A stretch of 64,000 nt of DNA from Candidatus Parcubacteria bacterium. Its GTDB lineage: Bacteria; Patescibacteriota; Patescibacteriia; Patescibacteriales; UBA12465. Both the position numbers and the translations under genes were made by a program. This document shows positions 1 to 9,626 of the stretch, in pieces (position 1 is the stretch's first letter; each line of letters starts with the position of its first letter). The DNA lies in contig AP029158.1 of the NCBI GenBank assembly GCA_037076615.1, positions 527,717-591,716 on the forward strand, given 5' to 3'. The notes under the pieces were generated by a model. That model saw only the letters and a list, made by a program, of their open reading frames with translations, did no database searches and was not told the origin of the DNA.

Positions 1-1050
1 TTTCCGTAACTGGGCAGCGCGATCTTTCTTCTCGGCCGCCGAAACTTTATTCGGCAATTTAAAAGCCGGAGTTTGTTCATGAGCCGAAAAAGGAAAAACA
101 TGAATTTTGCTAAAGCCCATCTCTCTGGCAAAGCTCAAAGTATCATTAAAATCTTCTTCATTCTCACCTGGAAAACCGACAATAATATCAGTGGAGATAG
201 CAATCTCGGGCATAGCCGCTCTCAATAGTTTTACGCGCTGTCGAAAATAATCAGTATTATAAGGGCGGTTCATCGTCTTCAAAATCTTATCGCATCCGGA
301 TTGCAACGAGATATGTAAGTGACGGCAAATCTGCGGTTGCGCCTTCATTAAAGCAATTAAAGACTCATCAACTTCATTTATTTCAATGGAGCTTAGACGC
401 AAACGGCCCAAATCCTTAATCTCTAATAATTTTTTCAAAAGGTTAACTAAAGAATTATCACCTTGTAAATCTTCACCGTAACGCCCCAAATGTATTCCCG
501 ATAAAACAATTTCCCCATAACCAGCTTCCGTCGCCGCCTCAGCTTCCGCAATTAACTCTGCGGTCGGGCGACTCTTGATGCGACCGCGAGCGTAAGGAAT
601 CACACAGTAAGTACAAAATTGGTTACAACCGTCGCCAACTTTCAAAAAATAGCGGGAACGATCGGAGGGCACTAAAAGACCACTTTCAGATACCGGCAAA
701 TCATTAAGACTGGGAAAAAGTGAAGCTAGTTTTTTTAAGAGTCCAGCATTATCGCCGACCCCCCAAAATATTAAATCATCCCCCTCGGCTGTTAAATCAA
801 GAGCGGTCTGCGGCCAGCAGCCCATCAGCAAAAAGCGCGCCTGCGGGTACAGATTTTTTAACTTATGATAAACTTGGCGATCCTTAGTGATGGCTTTTTT
901 TGTGACCGCGCAAGTATTGATAATTACTAGGGCCGGGTTATTTTTATCATGTCGCCAACCGCGATCCAAAAATTCTTTTTTGAGTAAAGCCAGGTCATAC
1001 TGATTGACTTTACAACCCAGCGCTAAGCTATAAAAATTAAGGTTTTTCAT
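1..1050 (-). CDS. mtaB: Radical-SAM methylthiotransferase, MtaB-like (3' end runs off window)
   Basis: Own translation from ATG at 1050..1048: MKNLNFYSLALGCKVNQYDL... The CNQFCTYC radical-SAM motif and ...HVFPFSAHEQTPA are present. No stop occurs before position 1, so the ORF is open at the window edge and absent from the ORF track. Confidence 0.8.
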   Translation of the reverse strand, partial: MKNLNFYSLALGCKVNQYDLALLKKEFLDRGWRHDKNNPALVIINTCAVTKKAITKDRQVYHKLKNLYPQARFLLMGCWPQTALDLTAEGDDLIFWGVGDNAGLLKKLASLFPSLNDLPVSESGLLVPSDRSRYFLKVGDGCNQFCTYCVIPYARGRIKSRPTAELIAEAEAATEAGYGEIVLSGIHLGRYGEDLQGDNSLVNLLKKLLEIKDLGRLRLSSIEINEVDESLIALMKAQPQICRHLHISLQSGCDKILKTMNRPYNTDYFRQRVKLLRAAMPEIAISTDIIVGFPGENEEDFNDTLSFAREMGFSKIHVFPFSAHEQTPAFKLPNKVSAAEKKDRAAQLRK

Positions 1051-1080
1051 ATTTTCTAGTATAAAGACCGGGGGCGACTC

Positions 1081-1109
1081 TTGTCAAAGATTAAAAATAT
1101 TGATAGTAT
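1081..1109 (+). promoter_or_regulatory. sigma70-type promoter for the tRNA-Lys/tRNA-Thr pair
   Basis: TTGTCA (1081-1086), 17-nt spacer, TAGTAT (1104-1109), about 15 nt upstream of the tRNA 5' end. Confidence 0.55.
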
Positions 1110-1124
1110 CAATTTTAGTTTGAC

Positions 1125-1197
1125 GCGCCTATAGCTCAGCTGGTAGAGCAGCTCCCTTTTAAGGAGAAGGTCGCAGGTTCGAATCCTGCTGGGCGCA
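1125..1197 (+). tRNA. tRNA-Lys (anticodon UUU)
   Basis: 73-nt cloverleaf folded by hand: acceptor GCGCCTA/TGGGCGC, D arm GCTC-AGCTGGTA-GAGC, anticodon loop CTTTTAA, T arm GCAGG-TTCGAAT-CCTGC. No encoded CCA. Confidence 0.9.
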
Positions 1198-1217
1198 CTT
1201 TTGTTTATTTGGTATTA

Positions 1218-1290
1218 GCCGACTTAGCTCAGCTGGTAGAGCAGCTGTCTTGTAAACAGCAGGTCGTCGGTTCGAGCCCGACAGTCGGCT
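1218..1290 (+). tRNA. tRNA-Thr (anticodon UGU)
   Basis: 73-nt cloverleaf: acceptor GCCGACT/AGTCGGC, anticodon stem GCTGT/ACAGC with loop CTTGTAA, T arm GTCGG-TTCGAGC-CCGAC. Confidence 0.9.
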
Positions 1291-1295
1291 CCCCT

Positions 1296-1320
1296 AAAAA
1301 CCGCTTTTTAGCGGTTTTTT
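1296..1320 (+). terminator. Intrinsic terminator after the tRNA pair
   Basis: AAAACCGC-TTTTTA-GCGGTTTT hairpin followed by a T-run. Confidence 0.7.
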
Positions 1321-1354
1321 CAATAAAGAGGGGATAAATTGTTAATAGTTTGGC

Positions 1355-1383
1355 TTGAATACCCTTACCTTTTCCCCTAAAAT
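1355..1383 (+). promoter_or_regulatory. sigma70-type promoter upstream of dnaB
   Basis: TTGAAT, 17-nt spacer, TAAAAT; sits 32 nt before the dnaB ATG. Confidence 0.5.
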
Positions 1384-1414
1384 AAAGAAACTAATTAGAG
1401 TTAATTAGAGTCTT

Positions 1415-2806
1415 ATGAGCTTAAATAAAGAAAACCAAATCTTAGAAAGAATCCCGCCGCACAGCCTGGAGGCGGAAGAATCTTTATTGGGGTGTCTGCT
1501 GATTGATAAGGACGCCATTATTAAAGTTGCTGACACTGTCCTCCCTCAAGATTTTTATAAAGAAGCTCACCAAACAATTTTTGAGGTTATCAAAGAGCTT
1601 TACGGCAACCAAGAATCCATTGATATTATTACCGTCTCTAACCGCTTGGAAGAAAAGAAAAAGCTAACGGCGATTGGCGGACGTTCTACTTTAGCCAGAC
1701 TTTCTAATTCCGTCGCCACCTCTGCCAATGTTTCCAACTATGCCGACATCATCCAACGCAAAGCTACGCTGCGGCGCCTACAACAAGCGTCTTCGGAGAT
1801 TATGACTTTAAGTTACGATGAAGAAAGAGACATTGACGATGTCTTAGATGAAACGGAAAAGAAAATTTTTGCAGTGAGCCGTAAATATTTAAAAAATGCT
1901 TTCTTGCCAATTGACAGCTTACTAAGCGAAGCTTTTGAACGTATTGACGATTTACATAAACGTTCCGGCAGCGGCTTACGCGGCTTAGCTACCGGCTTTA
2001 GCGATTTAGATAATTTATTAGCCGGCTTACAAAAATCGGATTTAATTATTTTAGCGGCCCGGCCATCGGTGGGAAAAACTTCCTTGGCTTTAGATGTTGC
2101 CCGCCAAGCAGCGATTAAGAATAAAGTCGGGGTCGGTATTTTTTCTTTGGAAATGAGTAAGGATCAATTAGTAGACCGTATGCTCTGCTCTCAAGCCGGT
2201 GTGAACCTTTGGAAGATGCGCACTGGCAATTTGAGCGACAGTGGTGAAAATAACGATTTTGAAAAAATTGCTGATGCGATGGGCAAGTTGGCGGAAGCGC
2301 AAATCTATATTGATGATTCCGGCTCACTTTCAATTATGGAAATTAGAGCCAAGTGTCGGCGCTTACAGATGGAAAAAGGTTTAGGTTTAATTATTATTGA
2401 CTACTTGCAGTTAATGGAAGGCAACGGCCGCTATGGCGACAACCGCGTCCAAGAAATTGCCGAAATCAGCCGTGGTTTAAAATCAATTGCCCGCGAACTT
2501 AATATCCCGGTGCTCGCCTTAGCCCAGCTCTCGCGCGCCGTGGAAGCAACATCACCGGCCATCCCTAAACTCTCTCACTTGCGCGACTCGGGCTCAATTG
2601 AGCAAGATGCCGATATTGTGATGTTTATTTACAGAAAAGCGGCGGACAGAAACTACAACCTCGCCGATCTCCCGGCCGATGAACGTTACAAGGCGGAAAT
2701 CCATGTGGCTAAACATCGCAATGGCCCAGTCGGCAAAATTGATTTATACTTTGAAGAGGCGACTGCCAGTTTCCATAACTTGTCGCACGCCCCTGAACAA
2801 CAGTAA
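1415..2806 (+). CDS. dnaB: Replicative DNA helicase DnaB
   Basis: 463 aa. N-terminal IPPHSLEAEESLLGCLL, Walker A AARPSVGKTS, and IIDYLQLM plus SRAVE motifs typical of DnaB. Confidence 0.95.
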   Translation: MSLNKENQILERIPPHSLEAEESLLGCLLIDKDAIIKVADTVLPQDFYKEAHQTIFEVIKELYGNQESIDIITVSNRLEEKKKLTAIGGRSTLARLSNSVATSANVSNYADIIQRKATLRRLQQASSEIMTLSYDEERDIDDVLDETEKKIFAVSRKYLKNAFLPIDSLLSEAFERIDDLHKRSGSGLRGLATGFSDLDNLLAGLQKSDLIILAARPSVGKTSLALDVARQAAIKNKVGVGIFSLEMSKDQLVDRMLCSQAGVNLWKMRTGNLSDSGENNDFEKIADAMGKLAEAQIYIDDSGSLSIMEIRAKCRRLQMEKGLGLIIIDYLQLMEGNGRYGDNRVQEIAEISRGLKSIARELNIPVLALAQLSRAVEATSPAIPKLSHLRDSGSIEQDADIVMFIYRKAADRNYNLADLPADERYKAEIHVAKHRNGPVGKIDLYFEEATASFHNLSHAPEQQ

Positions 2807-2835
2807 TCTTAAAATTAAATTTTTAAATAAAAATT

Positions 2836-3111
2836 ATGTTCAACAAATTAAAACAATTTAAAGACCTACGCCAACAAGCTAAGACGATGCAAGACGTTCT
2901 AGAAAAAGAGAGCATCACTGAAGAAAAAAATGGCATTAAAGTAGTAATGAACGGTAACATGGAAATTACCGAGTTAACTATCACCAGTGAGGCTGGTAAA
3001 GACGAGCTTGCTCGCCAAACCAAAACTGTTGTTAATGACGCGATTAAAAAAGTACAACGTTTGATGGCGAAGAAGATGCAAGAGATGGGTGGCATCCCGG
3101 GAATGAACTAA
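2836..3111 (+). CDS. ybaB: YbaB/EbfC nucleoid-associated protein
   Basis: 91 aa with MFNKLKQFKDLRQQAKTMQ... family-typical pattern, immediately upstream of recR as in most bacteria. Confidence 0.85.
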   Translation: MFNKLKQFKDLRQQAKTMQDVLEKESITEEKNGIKVVMNGNMEITELTITSEAGKDELARQTKTVVNDAIKKVQRLMAKKMQEMGGIPGMN

Positions 3112-3116
3112 AAATT

Positions 3117-3716
3117 ATGCGTTTCCCTCGCGCCATTAAAAGAGCGATTGAAGCTTTTTCAACTCTGCCCAGTGTCGGCCCAAAAACGGCTGAGCGCTAT
3201 GTTTTTTATTTGCTCAGTGGAAGACCGGAAAAAACGGAAGAGTTAATTCAAGCTTTAAGCGAACTCAGAAGTGGCGTCACCACCTGTCATGAGTGCCTGG
3301 CTCTCGCCGAACAAGATCCTTGTCCAATCTGCGTTGATTCTAAACGCGAGCAAACGCTTCTCTGTATTGTGGAAAATACCCAAGACCGAGAAGTGATTGA
3401 AGCGACCGGACAATATCACGGCCGTTATTTTATTCTTGGCGGTCTGATTGATACCATCACCAAAGTACAGCCATCTGATTTGAATGTGAGGGCGCTTGTT
3501 AAATCTTTAAAAGCGCAGCCGGTAAAAGAAATTATTCTGGGTTTGAATTTTACGCTCGAAGGGGAAACAACGGCGCTGTATTTAAAAAAATTGTTAGAAA
3601 ACTATCCGGCCAAAATTACACGCCTGGCCCGCGGCTTACCGGCCGGCTCCGATTTGGAATACGCCGATGAGATGACTTTAAAAAATGCTTTAGAATACCG
3701 AAACGAAATCAAATAA
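3117..3716 (+). CDS. recR: Recombination protein RecR
   Basis: 199 aa. LPSVGPKTAERY helix-hairpin-helix, C4 zinc finger CHEC...CPIC, and a Toprim region. Confidence 0.95.
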   Translation: MRFPRAIKRAIEAFSTLPSVGPKTAERYVFYLLSGRPEKTEELIQALSELRSGVTTCHECLALAEQDPCPICVDSKREQTLLCIVENTQDREVIEATGQYHGRYFILGGLIDTITKVQPSDLNVRALVKSLKAQPVKEIILGLNFTLEGETTALYLKKLLENYPAKITRLARGLPAGSDLEYADEMTLKNALEYRNEIK

Positions 3717-3745
3717 AAAAGAGGCTCAGTGAGCCTCTTTTTTTT
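3714..3745. terminator. Bidirectional intrinsic terminator (recR on +, rplU on -)
   Basis: AGAGGCTC-AGT-GAGCCTCT hairpin flanked by an A-run and a T-run, between convergent genes. Confidence 0.75.
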
Positions 3746-4055
3746 AAACGATTGTTTTTATTTTAACCATTGTCTGTAGTTGACGATGACCGGTAGTTTT
3801 CTTGTAACGGGTTTTGTTTTTATACTTTACGACCGTAACTTTATCATCTTTGAAAGTTTCTAGAACCTCACCGCTTACCTTCTCTCCTAAAGACGGCGTG
3901 CCTAACTCTAAATCTTCGGCATCTTCACCAGACACTAAGAGAGTGTCAAATTTAACCACCGTTCCCGGTGCGGCTTCCAATTTTTCAATTTTAATCGTTT
4001 GGCCTTCTTTAACGCAGTATTGTTTCCCGCCAGTTTTAATAATTGCAATTTTCAT
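3744..4055 (-). CDS. rplU: 50S ribosomal protein L21
   Basis: 103 aa, MKIAIIKTGGKQYCVKEGQTIKIEKL... typical L21. No rpmA follows. Confidence 0.93.
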   Translation of the reverse strand: MKIAIIKTGGKQYCVKEGQTIKIEKLEAAPGTVVKFDTLLVSGEDAEDLELGTPSLGEKVSGEVLETFKDDKVTVVKYKNKTRYKKTTGHRQLQTMVKIKTIV

Positions 4056-4121
4056 AATAATTTTATAATAAAAGGAGCCAAAGCGTCTTGGGCTGAGCCG
4101 CTACTGGCCAAATACCAATAA

Positions 4122-4149
4122 ATAGTAGCAAATTACTAAATTTTGTCAA
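4122..4149 (-). promoter_or_regulatory. sigma70-type promoter for rplU
   Basis: On the minus strand: TTGACA (4149-4144), 16-nt spacer, TACTAT (4127-4122). Leaves a structured leader of about 60 nt. Confidence 0.55.
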
Positions 4150-4189
4150 CTGAGCGCCGAAAATATTGATTTTTTTTTCTTAAAAAAGT

Positions 4190-4218
4190 TTGAATTTATC
4201 ATCTAAATAGATTATAGT
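4190..4218 (+). promoter_or_regulatory. sigma70-type promoter for murA
   Basis: TTGAAT, 17-nt spacer, TATAGT; sits 24 nt before the murA ATG. Confidence 0.55.
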
Positions 4219-4241
4219 TAAGATAAATTAACTGAAAAGAT

Positions 4242-5504
4242 ATGCCTAAATTTGTTATTAAGGGCGGCAATCGCTTGAGTGGGGAGATTGCTGTTTCAGG
4301 AGCCAAAAATTCGGCTTTAAAAATTATTCCCGCCGCGATTTTATCAAAAGAAACCTTAACGATTGAAAATCTTCCCCTAATTGAAGATGTGGATCGCTCT
4401 TTAGAGCTGCTCGAAACTTTAGGCGCCGAGATTGAAAGATCGGAACATCGGGCAATAATTAGTACTAAAAACATCAAGACTTCCCAGCTTGATGAAAAAA
4501 TGGCGGATAAATTTCGCGGTTCAATCATGTTTGTCGGCCCCTTATTAGCTCGTTTTGGCGAGGCTAAATTTCCTCACCCCGGTGGTTGTGTTATCGGTGC
4601 CGGCGAACGTCCGATTGATTTATTCTTAGCCGGCTACAAAGCTTTTGGTGCGGAAATTGATGAAAGCTCCGGTGAATACTATCACATCAAAGCGGAAAAA
4701 TTGGGTCCGGCTAATTATTTTTTCCCTTTAGTGAGTGTGACGGCAACCGAAAGTATGTTAATGACGGCGGCAATTGTCCCTGGTAAAACTGTACTAAAGA
4801 ATTGTGCGATGGAGCCAGAAATTGAAGCGCTCGCCGAATACTTAAACGGCCAGGGCGCTAAAATTACCGGTGCCGGATCACCAACCATAATTATTGAGGG
4901 TACTAAAAATTTAGGCGCCGGCACTTTTACAGTTATTCCCGATCGCATTGAGACCGGTTCGTTTGCGATTTTAGCGGCCGTCACCCAATCAGAGATTACT
5001 ATTACCCACTGCAACCCTGAACATGTTATGACCCTGCTCGTAATCTTAAAGGATGTGGGCGTGAATTTTGAATTCGGCCCCGACTGGATTAGAGTGAAGC
5101 CCAATGGCTACTTAAAGTCTCATAGCATTAAAACCCATGAATACCCCGGTTTTGCGACGGACTTACAATCACCCTATGTGGTTTTAATGACTCAAGCCGA
5201 AGGGACCTGCTTGGTTCACGAAACTATTTATGACCGCCGTTTGATTTGGACGGATATGTTGTCGCAGATGGGGGCCGATATTACGATGTGCGATCCGCAC
5301 CGAGTCGTTATTAACGGACCGACCAAGCTACGCGGTAAGCGCTTAATTTCTCCAGATTTACGGGCCGGAATCGCTTTAGTAATTGCCGGCCTGGTGGCCG
5401 AAGGGCAAACGGAAATTGATAATATTTACCAAATTGATCGCGGTTACGAAAAACTAGAAGAGCGTTTGGCTAAAATCGGCGCTGATATTAAGCGGGTTGA
5501 ATAA
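4242..5504 (+). CDS. murA: UDP-N-acetylglucosamine 1-carboxyvinyltransferase
   Basis: 420 aa with family-wide similarity: MPKFVIKGGNRLSGEIAVSGAKNSALKI, the active-site loop region, and LRAG...DRGYE. Confidence 0.95.
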   Translation: MPKFVIKGGNRLSGEIAVSGAKNSALKIIPAAILSKETLTIENLPLIEDVDRSLELLETLGAEIERSEHRAIISTKNIKTSQLDEKMADKFRGSIMFVGPLLARFGEAKFPHPGGCVIGAGERPIDLFLAGYKAFGAEIDESSGEYYHIKAEKLGPANYFFPLVSVTATESMLMTAAIVPGKTVLKNCAMEPEIEALAEYLNGQGAKITGAGSPTIIIEGTKNLGAGTFTVIPDRIETGSFAILAAVTQSEITITHCNPEHVMTLLVILKDVGVNFEFGPDWIRVKPNGYLKSHSIKTHEYPGFATDLQSPYVVLMTQAEGTCLVHETIYDRRLIWTDMLSQMGADITMCDPHRVVINGPTKLRGKRLISPDLRAGIALVIAGLVAEGQTEIDNIYQIDRGYEKLEERLAKIGADIKRVE

Positions 5505-5505
5505 T

Positions 5506-6816
5506 ATGAGCGCCAAATCTAGACACCTGATGTTTGTCATCGCCCTGATTTTGTTTATCGTCCTGACCACGGGATTATCAATTTTTGCTAGTGGCTACCG
5601 CTTCAACTGGAAAGCCGCCGGCGGCTGGCAGAATTTACTGGTTAAAACCGGGAGTTTATTAGTAGAGAGCGAGCCCAAAGGAGCGCTGGCCAGCCTGGAA
5701 CAGATCCATGGCCACCACTCGCCCCTGGAAAATAAAACCACCGAAGAAAGAAAGACCCCCTTAAAATTGAATAATATCTTGCCGGGAGAATATCTTTTAA
5801 CTTTGGAGCTCCAAGGCTACCTACCCTACCAGAAAAAAATAAGCATTACTCCATCAATGACCACCATTTTAAGTGAGGTGGTTTTATTTAAAAATTGTTT
5901 ACCCATGTTGGTGCTCCCAACGGAAAGTAATAATTTCAACTACCGCCCCGGCGGCCGCTATCTGGCTTTACCAGAAGAAGAAATGGTTTTTGATTTAAGC
6001 GCCGAAAAAACCTTAATAAAAATCAGTCGCGATTCGCAAATTAATTGGGCAAACGGCAATCAAGCTGCTGACGGAGCGAGGGTAATAAATCTGGATCAAG
6101 GCGTAGTCAGTGATTACACAGCCCGGCTAGGAAAAGTTGATAGCGGTTTAATGTCCGGTAATTTCCTAATTTATTCACAAGCCGGAAGACTAAGCAGTTT
6201 AGAGGTCAACACAAAAAAAGTTCGAGCTCTAAAAACCCAGGGGATGGTTAGTGGCTATGAAGTGCTTGGCGACACTTTAGTAGCTTTAAGTACACAAGAG
6301 GCCGACACCAGACTAGAATTTATTGATTATAAAAATAACACTTTATTAAAAGAGACCGCTCTTTTAAAAGCGGAAAAATGGAATTTAACCAAAAGCGAAG
6401 ATTTTTTAATTTTGAGCGACCAAGATCATAAAATTACTTATCTGGTTGATACTAAAGCTCAAGAGGTAAAACATTTGCTTAGAGATAGCACTCAAGCAGT
6501 CTTCTTAAAAAAAGAAGATTTAGTTTATGTCCGCGGCTCGGAAATTCATCTGTACCATTTAGGTTCGCAAAAGGATTTTCTGTTAACCCGCCTGGGGAGT
6601 GAGATAACTAGTTTGAGTGTGGGGCCGACCAGCTATCTGGTTTATGCCACTAATCAAGAAGTGGGGATTTTGAATTTGGATGACCCCAAAAAAGAAACAA
6701 CGATTCTCTTTAGCGGTGCCAATATCAGCCAATTAAGTTTTGAAAAGAGCGACAACTCCATTTTCTTCTATGCGGAAATTGGCGCCCATAAAGGTTTGTA
6801 TAAAATAGATCTTTAA
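5506..6816 (+). CDS. Membrane-anchored PEGA-domain protein with C-terminal beta-rich domain
   Basis: The ATG at 5506 is preferred to the TTG at 5497, which overlaps murA. An N-terminal TM helix is followed by SEPKGA...LPGEYLLTLELQGYLPYQKKISI (PEGA-like). The remainder is uncharacterised. Confidence 0.65.
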   Translation: MSAKSRHLMFVIALILFIVLTTGLSIFASGYRFNWKAAGGWQNLLVKTGSLLVESEPKGALASLEQIHGHHSPLENKTTEERKTPLKLNNILPGEYLLTLELQGYLPYQKKISITPSMTTILSEVVLFKNCLPMLVLPTESNNFNYRPGGRYLALPEEEMVFDLSAEKTLIKISRDSQINWANGNQAADGARVINLDQGVVSDYTARLGKVDSGLMSGNFLIYSQAGRLSSLEVNTKKVRALKTQGMVSGYEVLGDTLVALSTQEADTRLEFIDYKNNTLLKETALLKAEKWNLTKSEDFLILSDQDHKITYLVDTKAQEVKHLLRDSTQAVFLKKEDLVYVRGSEIHLYHLGSQKDFLLTRLGSEITSLSVGPTSYLVYATNQEVGILNLDDPKKETTILFSGANISQLSFEKSDNSIFFYAEIGAHKGLYKIDL

Positions 6817-6825
6817 GCTTTTAAA

Positions 6826-6860
6826 AGAAAAAGCCGCCCCCGCAGGGGCGGCTTTTTTTT
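6826..6860. terminator. Bidirectional intrinsic terminator
   Basis: GCCGCCCC-CGCA-GGGGCGGC hairpin with a flanking A-run and an 8-T run, between convergent genes. Confidence 0.8.
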
Positions 6861-6861
6861 A

Positions 6862-7749
6862 TTAGTCAGCTAACTCATTAATTAATTGTTTTAACTTATC
6901 TTTCACTTCCGGATTTTTTAAACCTAATTTAATATTGGCCTTCATCAAACCAAACTTGTCACCAGTGTCTAACCACTCCCCTTTTAATTTAACCCCATAT
7001 AGCGGCTGACCTTGCGATAATAGAATATCAAAGGCATCAGCCAAGCGAATCTCCCCAGAGCGCCCTTCTTTCATGGCGCTTAAAATTTCTAGGACCTCGG
7101 GAGTAATTACGTAAAGACCAACGGCCACTAAGTTAGAAGGGGCTTCACTGGCCGCCGGCTTTTCCACAAAACGATCAATTTTATACAAGCCGTTATCTTG
7201 ACGGGCGCCACCCATAACACCAAACTTAGAGACTTCCGTCGGTTTCACTTCGGCCAGACCCACCACCGGAGCGCCGCAGAGCTCATAAGCCTCAATTAAT
7301 TGCGTCACAGGTGATTCCGGCGAGTCATAGAGGGTATCACCAAACATCACTAAAATCGGCTCCTCATGAACCAAGTGCGCGGCGCAATTAATGGCGTGAC
7401 CATCTCCCAAAGGAATACTTTGGCGAACATAAGAAAATTTAGCCAAGCGCTCAATTGCCGCCACTTTTTCCACTAACTCCAATTTATTTTTTTCTACGAG
7501 TGTTTTTGAAAGTTCAAAAGAGTAATCAAAGTGGTCTTCAATCGCGCGCTTGCCGCGACCGGTGACAAAAATAATTTCCGTAATTCCCGCCTCCGTCGCC
7601 TGTTCCACTAAATACTGAATAACCGGCTTATCAACCACAGGCAACATCTCTTTCGGTTGAGCCTTAGTCGCCGGCAAAAAACGAGTGCCGAATCCAGCGA
7701 CCGGCAAAATCGCCTTATTAATAAGAACTTTTTTTTCTGGTTTAGACAT
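6862..7749 (-). CDS. galU: UTP--glucose-1-phosphate uridylyltransferase
   Basis: 295 aa. AILPVAGFGTRFLPATKAQPKEMLPVVDKP signature and the VEKP motif. Confidence 0.93.
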   Translation of the reverse strand: MSKPEKKVLINKAILPVAGFGTRFLPATKAQPKEMLPVVDKPVIQYLVEQATEAGITEIIFVTGRGKRAIEDHFDYSFELSKTLVEKNKLELVEKVAAIERLAKFSYVRQSIPLGDGHAINCAAHLVHEEPILVMFGDTLYDSPESPVTQLIEAYELCGAPVVGLAEVKPTEVSKFGVMGGARQDNGLYKIDRFVEKPAASEAPSNLVAVGLYVITPEVLEILSAMKEGRSGEIRLADAFDILLSQGQPLYGVKLKGEWLDTGDKFGLMKANIKLGLKNPEVKDKLKQLINELAD

Positions 7750-7759
7750 AGCATTAAAG

Positions 7760-8539
7760 TTAAGATTTTCTCCACTTTCTAAAATAACGAAAAGCGGATT
7801 TTAAATGTTCACGAGCAATTTTATCTTTTAGTAAAGATTGATACCAAGGTCTCTGGGCACTCTGGCGCAGATGATCATGGGTAACTTGAACCTCAGGGAA
7901 ATAAACGACTTTTTGGCCACGGGTTCTGATTTGGCGGCAAAGATCAACATCTTCAAAATACATAAAGTAGCGCTCATCAAATAAAAGATTATCTTTTATC
8001 TCGCAGCGGCGGACCATAAAACAAGCACCTAAAATCCAATCTACCACTTGGGTTTGGCTATGATCGGCATGCTTCATTAAATAATGATCAATGCGCCCCG
8101 GAAAAAACTGGCCGACAAAAGTGCGGCGCAGAAGTGGCGTATAGAACTTAGGGAAACGAACACAGGAATATTGTAAGGAGCCGTCCGGGTTCAAAAGTTT
8201 CGGCCCCACCAAACCAACCTCCGGATTATCTTTTAAATAATAGTAGAGTTTTTTAATTGCGTCGGCAGTAAAAACAATATCCGGATTAGAAATTAAAATT
8301 TGCTCGCCGCTAGACTGAACAATACCAAAATTATTTCCTCTTCCCATCCCTAAATTAGCGCCACTATTAATTATTCTTAACCAAGAATATTTTAAATCAC
8401 TTAAATCGTCACCGGAATCATTGTCCACCACTAACACTTCATAGTTTAAGCCGCTTAAATCTGATAAGTTAAGAGAGTTTAAACAATTAACCAATTTATT
8501 CTTACTGCGATAATTAACGATAATAATGGATAAGTCCAT
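7760..8539 (-). CDS. Glycosyltransferase family 2
   Basis: 259 aa. The MDLSIIIVNYRS N-terminus and VVDNDSGD (DxD region) are typical of GT2. Confidence 0.85.
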   Translation of the reverse strand: MDLSIIIVNYRSKNKLVNCLNSLNLSDLSGLNYEVLVVDNDSGDDLSDLKYSWLRIINSGANLGMGRGNNFGIVQSSGEQILISNPDIVFTADAIKKLYYYLKDNPEVGLVGPKLLNPDGSLQYSCVRFPKFYTPLLRRTFVGQFFPGRIDHYLMKHADHSQTQVVDWILGACFMVRRCEIKDNLLFDERYFMYFEDVDLCRQIRTRGQKVVYFPEVQVTHDHLRQSAQRPWYQSLLKDKIAREHLKSAFRYFRKWRKS

Positions 8540-8549
8540 AAATAAAAAA

Positions 8550-9623
8550 TTAAGAGCGTCGGCGCGGCTTAAAGATCGTCTTAATCAGCTGCCAATAAAA
8601 ATTAAAGACAGGATTAACCAAATATTTTAAAATCGGATTAGCAATTTCCTGAAACTCAATACGGCCGACAAAATTTTGACTAAGGGCTGCCCGCTGGATG
8701 CCACTTAAATGACGGTATTGCTGGCGTAAACTTTTTTGTAAGCGCCAGAATTTCGGTGTCAAAGTAGAAGCAGCAACTTGTAACCAGGTTTTAAACCAAC
8801 CGGAAAAAATCGCTACCAGCCCCATCCCCAAAGACATGATCCAAAAAGGCAAGGCGAGGAACACGAGGTATTTAACCGGATAAAAAGACCAAAAACAGAG
8901 GCGACGGTTGCGCTCCATAAAATAGAGCATCCGCACACTGCGGTCAAATTCGTAACGATGATAAACGATAGACTGGGGCGCAAGAATTATTTTAGAACCC
9001 AAAAGATGAACCTTCAAGCTCAATTCCAAGTCATCATGATACATGTAAAATTCTTCCCTGTAGCCACTAATCGCCTCAAAAATTTCCCGACGGATCATGA
9101 GCGAACAACCGGAGGCATAACCGTCAATTTCCGGATAGCCCTCCAGAGGGACTTCTGTTAAAGGACGATTGTAATCGCTCGTAAAACCAAAGAATAAAAA
9201 ATGAAGCCGGTTGCCGGTGCTGTTGATTAGATCGGCGCGACCAGCTCTAGTATCGGGATGTAAAAGAATTAAAGATTGCGCAATTCCGGCCTCCGGATTT
9301 TTTTCTAAAGCGGCCACCAAAAAAGCGAGCCAATTAGAATCAAACTCGGTATCCATGTTTGCGGCGACCAAATACTCACATCCGTCCGCAATCGCTTGGC
9401 GCATCCCTAAATTATTAGCGGCGCTATAATTACCGTCTTCACGAGGGATAATTACGGCTTCGGGGTAAGTCGTTTTTAAATATTCCTGAGATTCCGGCGA
9501 GGCCGCATTATCAACCAAATAAACTTTAAAATTTTGATCACTTTGGCGACGCAAAGAATCACGACAAACTTCTAAATATTTACGGGCGTAATCTTTATAA
9601 TTGACTAAAATAATCCCCGTCAT
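8550..9623 (-). CDS. Glycosyltransferase family 2 with C-terminal membrane segment
   Basis: 357 aa. GIILVNYKD...LVDNAS, YMYHDDLELS, and hydrophobic helices near residues 240-290. Confidence 0.8.
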   Translation of the reverse strand: MTGIILVNYKDYARKYLEVCRDSLRRQSDQNFKVYLVDNAASPESQEYLKTTYPEAVIIPREDGNYSAANNLGMRQAIADGCEYLVAANMDTEFDSNWLAFLVAALEKNPEAGIAQSLILLHPDTRAGRADLINSTGNRLHFLFFGFTSDYNRPLTEVPLEGYPEIDGYASGCSLMIRREIFEAISGYREEFYMYHDDLELSLKVHLLGSKIILAPQSIVYHRYEFDRSVRMLYFMERNRRLCFWSFYPVKYLVFLALPFWIMSLGMGLVAIFSGWFKTWLQVAASTLTPKFWRLQKSLRQQYRHLSGIQRAALSQNFVGRIEFQEIANPILKYLVNPVFNFYWQLIKTIFKPRRRS

Positions 9624-9626
9624 AGA

